Source of the DNA: Myxococcales bacterium
Lineage (GTDB): Bacteria; Myxococcota_A; Polyangia; Polyangiales; DASUME01
Direction: 5' to 3'
Length of the DNA: 64,000 nt
Assembly (NCBI GenBank): GCA_047601445.1
Contig: JASGJH010000001.1
Coordinates: 7,232,001-7,296,000, forward strand
Part shown: positions 61,911-64,000 of the stretch, piece after piece
How positions within the stretch are numbered: position 1 is the first letter of the stretch
How the letters are laid out: every line of letters begins with the position of its first letter
The notes under the pieces: model-generated
Told to the model about the DNA's origin: nothing
Database searches by the model: none
What the model saw: the letters and a program-made list of their open reading frames with translations, nothing else
Made by a program: the position numbers and the translations under genes

Positions 61911-62798
61911 CTACGGTGCGATCCGTGACACGGTGCACTCGCCTTCACCCTTGAAATGCCCGATGGTGCGCGCGAGCGAGCCCATGAAAGCACCGAGCGA
62001 CGGCGCATCGAGGCCAGAGGGATCGTAGAGGCGCACGTCGATGGGCGCCGCTTCGAGCTCCGCCAGCGTGATCTCTCCGTCGCCATCCGTGTCCGCTGCG
62101 GCCTTTTCCTCGAAGCGCAACGAGGTCTTGATGGCGGGGTTCGCCGAGGCCATCAGACGGTCGTAGAACAGATGGTCGCCGTGGGTGGTGAGCTCGGCGG
62201 TGTCTTCGCCTCCATTGGTGATCACGATGCCTTCGATGGGCTGTCCGCTCTCGGCCGCCTGCTGACATCCCGAGTACTGCGTGGCTGTCTTGAAGCCCCA
62301 GTGAAAGGTCTTGGTCATCGGCGCCCCGTCCGCACCGAGCTTGGTCGCCGAGCCCTCTACGTACACGGAGTAGCCGTTCTGCACCATCATGTCGCGGTCG
62401 GCCGCATTGCCCGCGACCACCTGCGAGTCCGGCGTGGCCGGCTTGATTTGATAGCTTACGCGATCCCAGTGCTTGGCCTCCACGTAGGCGAAGCTCACCA
62501 GGCCCTTGCGCCCGGGCACCACGTTGTCCACCAGCTTGGAGCCCGCGAAGTGCTCGGCCACTTCTCCACTCGCGTCCGCGATCTCGATCTCGTGAAACAC
62601 CACCAGGAACTTGTCGTAGTGCAGGCTCCAACCGTCGACGAAGCCGCTCTGGCCCGCTGGATCGGCGGGGATGCCATGCTCGATGTAGTCCTCGCCCCAG
62701 GTGGTGAAGCTCGCACGACCCTTGCCCGGATCGTTCCCGCACGCACTCGCTGCGAGAACCGACGCGAGCGCTACCATGTAGCTTCGAACGAACATCAT
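61911..62798 (-). CDS. Lipoprotein with HGDH motif and EF-hand-like loop
   Basis: AGGAG RBS, ASAC lipobox, THGDHLFYD, DTDGDGEITLAEL. Confidence 0.8.
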   Translation of the reverse strand: MMFVRSYMVALASVLAASACGNDPGKGRASFTTWGEDYIEHGIPADPAGQSGFVDGWSLHYDKFLVVFHEIEIADASGEVAEHFAGSKLVDNVVPGRKGLVSFAYVEAKHWDRVSYQIKPATPDSQVVAGNAADRDMMVQNGYSVYVEGSATKLGADGAPMTKTFHWGFKTATQYSGCQQAAESGQPIEGIVITNGGEDTAELTTHGDHLFYDRLMASANPAIKTSLRFEEKAAADTDGDGEITLAELEAAPIDVRLYDPSGLDAPSLGAFMGSLARTIGHFKGEGECTVSRIAP

Positions 62799-62812
62799 GC
62801 TTCTCCTGCAAC

Positions 62813-63619
62813 TCAAGGCTGAGCCTGGAAGGTGAACCGATATGCACTCAGTTGCACGAGCCCGAGCGTGAACGCGATGTGGGCAGTCTCGTCGCCCGTA
62901 ATCTGCGTGGGGGCTTCCGGGCTGCCCGGAGCGACGTCGCCGAAGTCTACCAGGTTGAACCACACGTGCGGCTCGATGGTGACGCCTACAGTGCCATCTC
63001 CTTCGACCTGGGCTTCCGCGAAGTCGCAGCCCTCCACCTGGCCCTGCGTGGCTCGTTGTTCGATCTCCGCCAAGTCGACGGCTAGCGCGAAATGTACGGT
63101 CTGCTCGCCTTTGCTGGCCACGCCCTCGGCGACGGCCGCGTGTCCTTGCAACATCGTCAGCGCTGGACCGGCGCTGGGCGCGCCGAACACGAAGCGCGCC
63201 GAGCGATACAGGCCTGTGATGCCCGTTCCGTTGGGGAGCTCCGTGGTGCCTGCGAGCAAGTCTGCCGACCACGCCTCCAGCACTTGACCGAGCGCCGTGC
63301 CTGACGCGTAGTGACCCGGGTGGGCATGCGCCACGGGCAGCACGAACCAGCCTGCGATCTCATCGAGCCAGCTGCGCTCCAGTCCGTGCAGCACGAACGC
63401 CGGCTCGCCTTCGAAGTAGTAGAGCGCCCTCACGCTCACGGCGGCCTTGCTCAGCTTGACTGTCCAACCCGTCTCGATGACGAAGGCTTGCGTGATCTCC
63501 GGCGCGGCCGCGAGCTCGGTGTGCAGCGCGACGGGACGCCCGGTGGTCGATCCATCGAGGCATCCGAGCGCCCCCAGCAGCGGCGTGGCAATGAGCCAGG
63601 TCAGGGGTCGATTCTTCAT
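62813..63619 (-). CDS. Lipoprotein with HAHPGHY motif
   Basis: ALGC lipobox; ATGA overlap with the receptor stop. Confidence 0.8.
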   Translation of the reverse strand: MKNRPLTWLIATPLLGALGCLDGSTTGRPVALHTELAAAPEITQAFVIETGWTVKLSKAAVSVRALYYFEGEPAFVLHGLERSWLDEIAGWFVLPVAHAHPGHYASGTALGQVLEAWSADLLAGTTELPNGTGITGLYRSARFVFGAPSAGPALTMLQGHAAVAEGVASKGEQTVHFALAVDLAEIEQRATQGQVEGCDFAEAQVEGDGTVGVTIEPHVWFNLVDFGDVAPGSPEAPTQITGDETAHIAFTLGLVQLSAYRFTFQAQP

Positions 63620-64000
63620 AGATACAGCTCCAATGAGACGAACAGCGTGCGCGGCGCGCCCACCGTGACTTGGCGGGTATTCGGGACCATCGGCGCCGCT
63701 TGGCCAGGATCCCAGTTCGAGGCGAACAAGTACTCTCCGTCGTACCAATGCGCGTCGAACAGATTGAAGGCACGAAACAGCACGGCGCCCTCGCCCCAGC
63801 GCAGCCCGGCCTGGGCGTCCACCAGGAAGATGTGGTGCCCGAATTGTCCGTACGGTAGCGGCCGACGCGTCATGTAGGAGCTACCCAGGCCGAACTGGCC
63901 CGTGAGCTTGCGCCGGCGCCACTCGCCGAACACCGGTGTGAGCCCGAGATCCCCGCGCGTTACCAGCTGCGGCGTGTAAGGCACGAGATCTCCAGCCCGG
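63616..64000 (-). CDS. TonB-dependent receptor, C-terminal part (start beyond right edge)
   Basis: Frame open to the window edge; VPYTP, RAFNLFD, GAPRTLFVSLELYL terminal signature. Confidence 0.8.
   Translation of the reverse strand, partial: RAGDLVPYTPQLVTRGDLGLTPVFGEWRRRKLTGQFGLGSSYMTRRPLPYGQFGHHIFLVDAQAGLRWGEGAVLFRAFNLFDAHWYDGEYLFASNWDPGQAAPMVPNTRQVTVGAPRTLFVSLELYL

Overview
64 kb of a GC-rich myxobacterial chromosome. MYXO-CTERM, (Gly-Asp)n-linker lipoproteins and several Ser/Thr kinases point to Myxococcota, probably Polyangiales-like; this is inferred from gene content. About 47 protein genes are supported. No rRNA, tRNA, CRISPR array, transposase or prophage gene was recognised. Recognisable genes: SNF2 helicase (truncated at the left edge), cls, ABC-F, a MacAB/TolC-type exporter, an orphan ParA, exported MsrB-MsrA, SspB-like, nhaA, a GDE-like glucosidase, carboxyltransferase, glutathione peroxidase, yaeQ, acyl-CoA dehydrogenase, two AraC regulators, czcBA-nikR and a TonB receptor operon (truncated at the right edge). 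Most notable: (1) an ~80-bp dispersed repeat with 8 full or partial copies, a compensatory base-pair change in its terminal hairpin, and copies that form the 3' end and stop codon of nhaA; (2) a CxC thioredoxin-fold protein directly upstream of a hybrid kinase with a His-rich membrane sensor; (3) a metal locus with a His/Cys-rich, RPP-ending leader ORF and structured spacer before czcBA, a His-tailed NikR, and a convergent TonB receptor plus HPGH/HGDH lipoprotein operon; (4) a 1225-aa unknown lipoprotein coupled to a FadL-family channel; (5) a pseudo-histidine kinase with an H-to-N change; (6) an isolated 72-nt hairpin that may be an sRNA. Family names come from motifs read by eye, not database searches, and start codons are best estimates.
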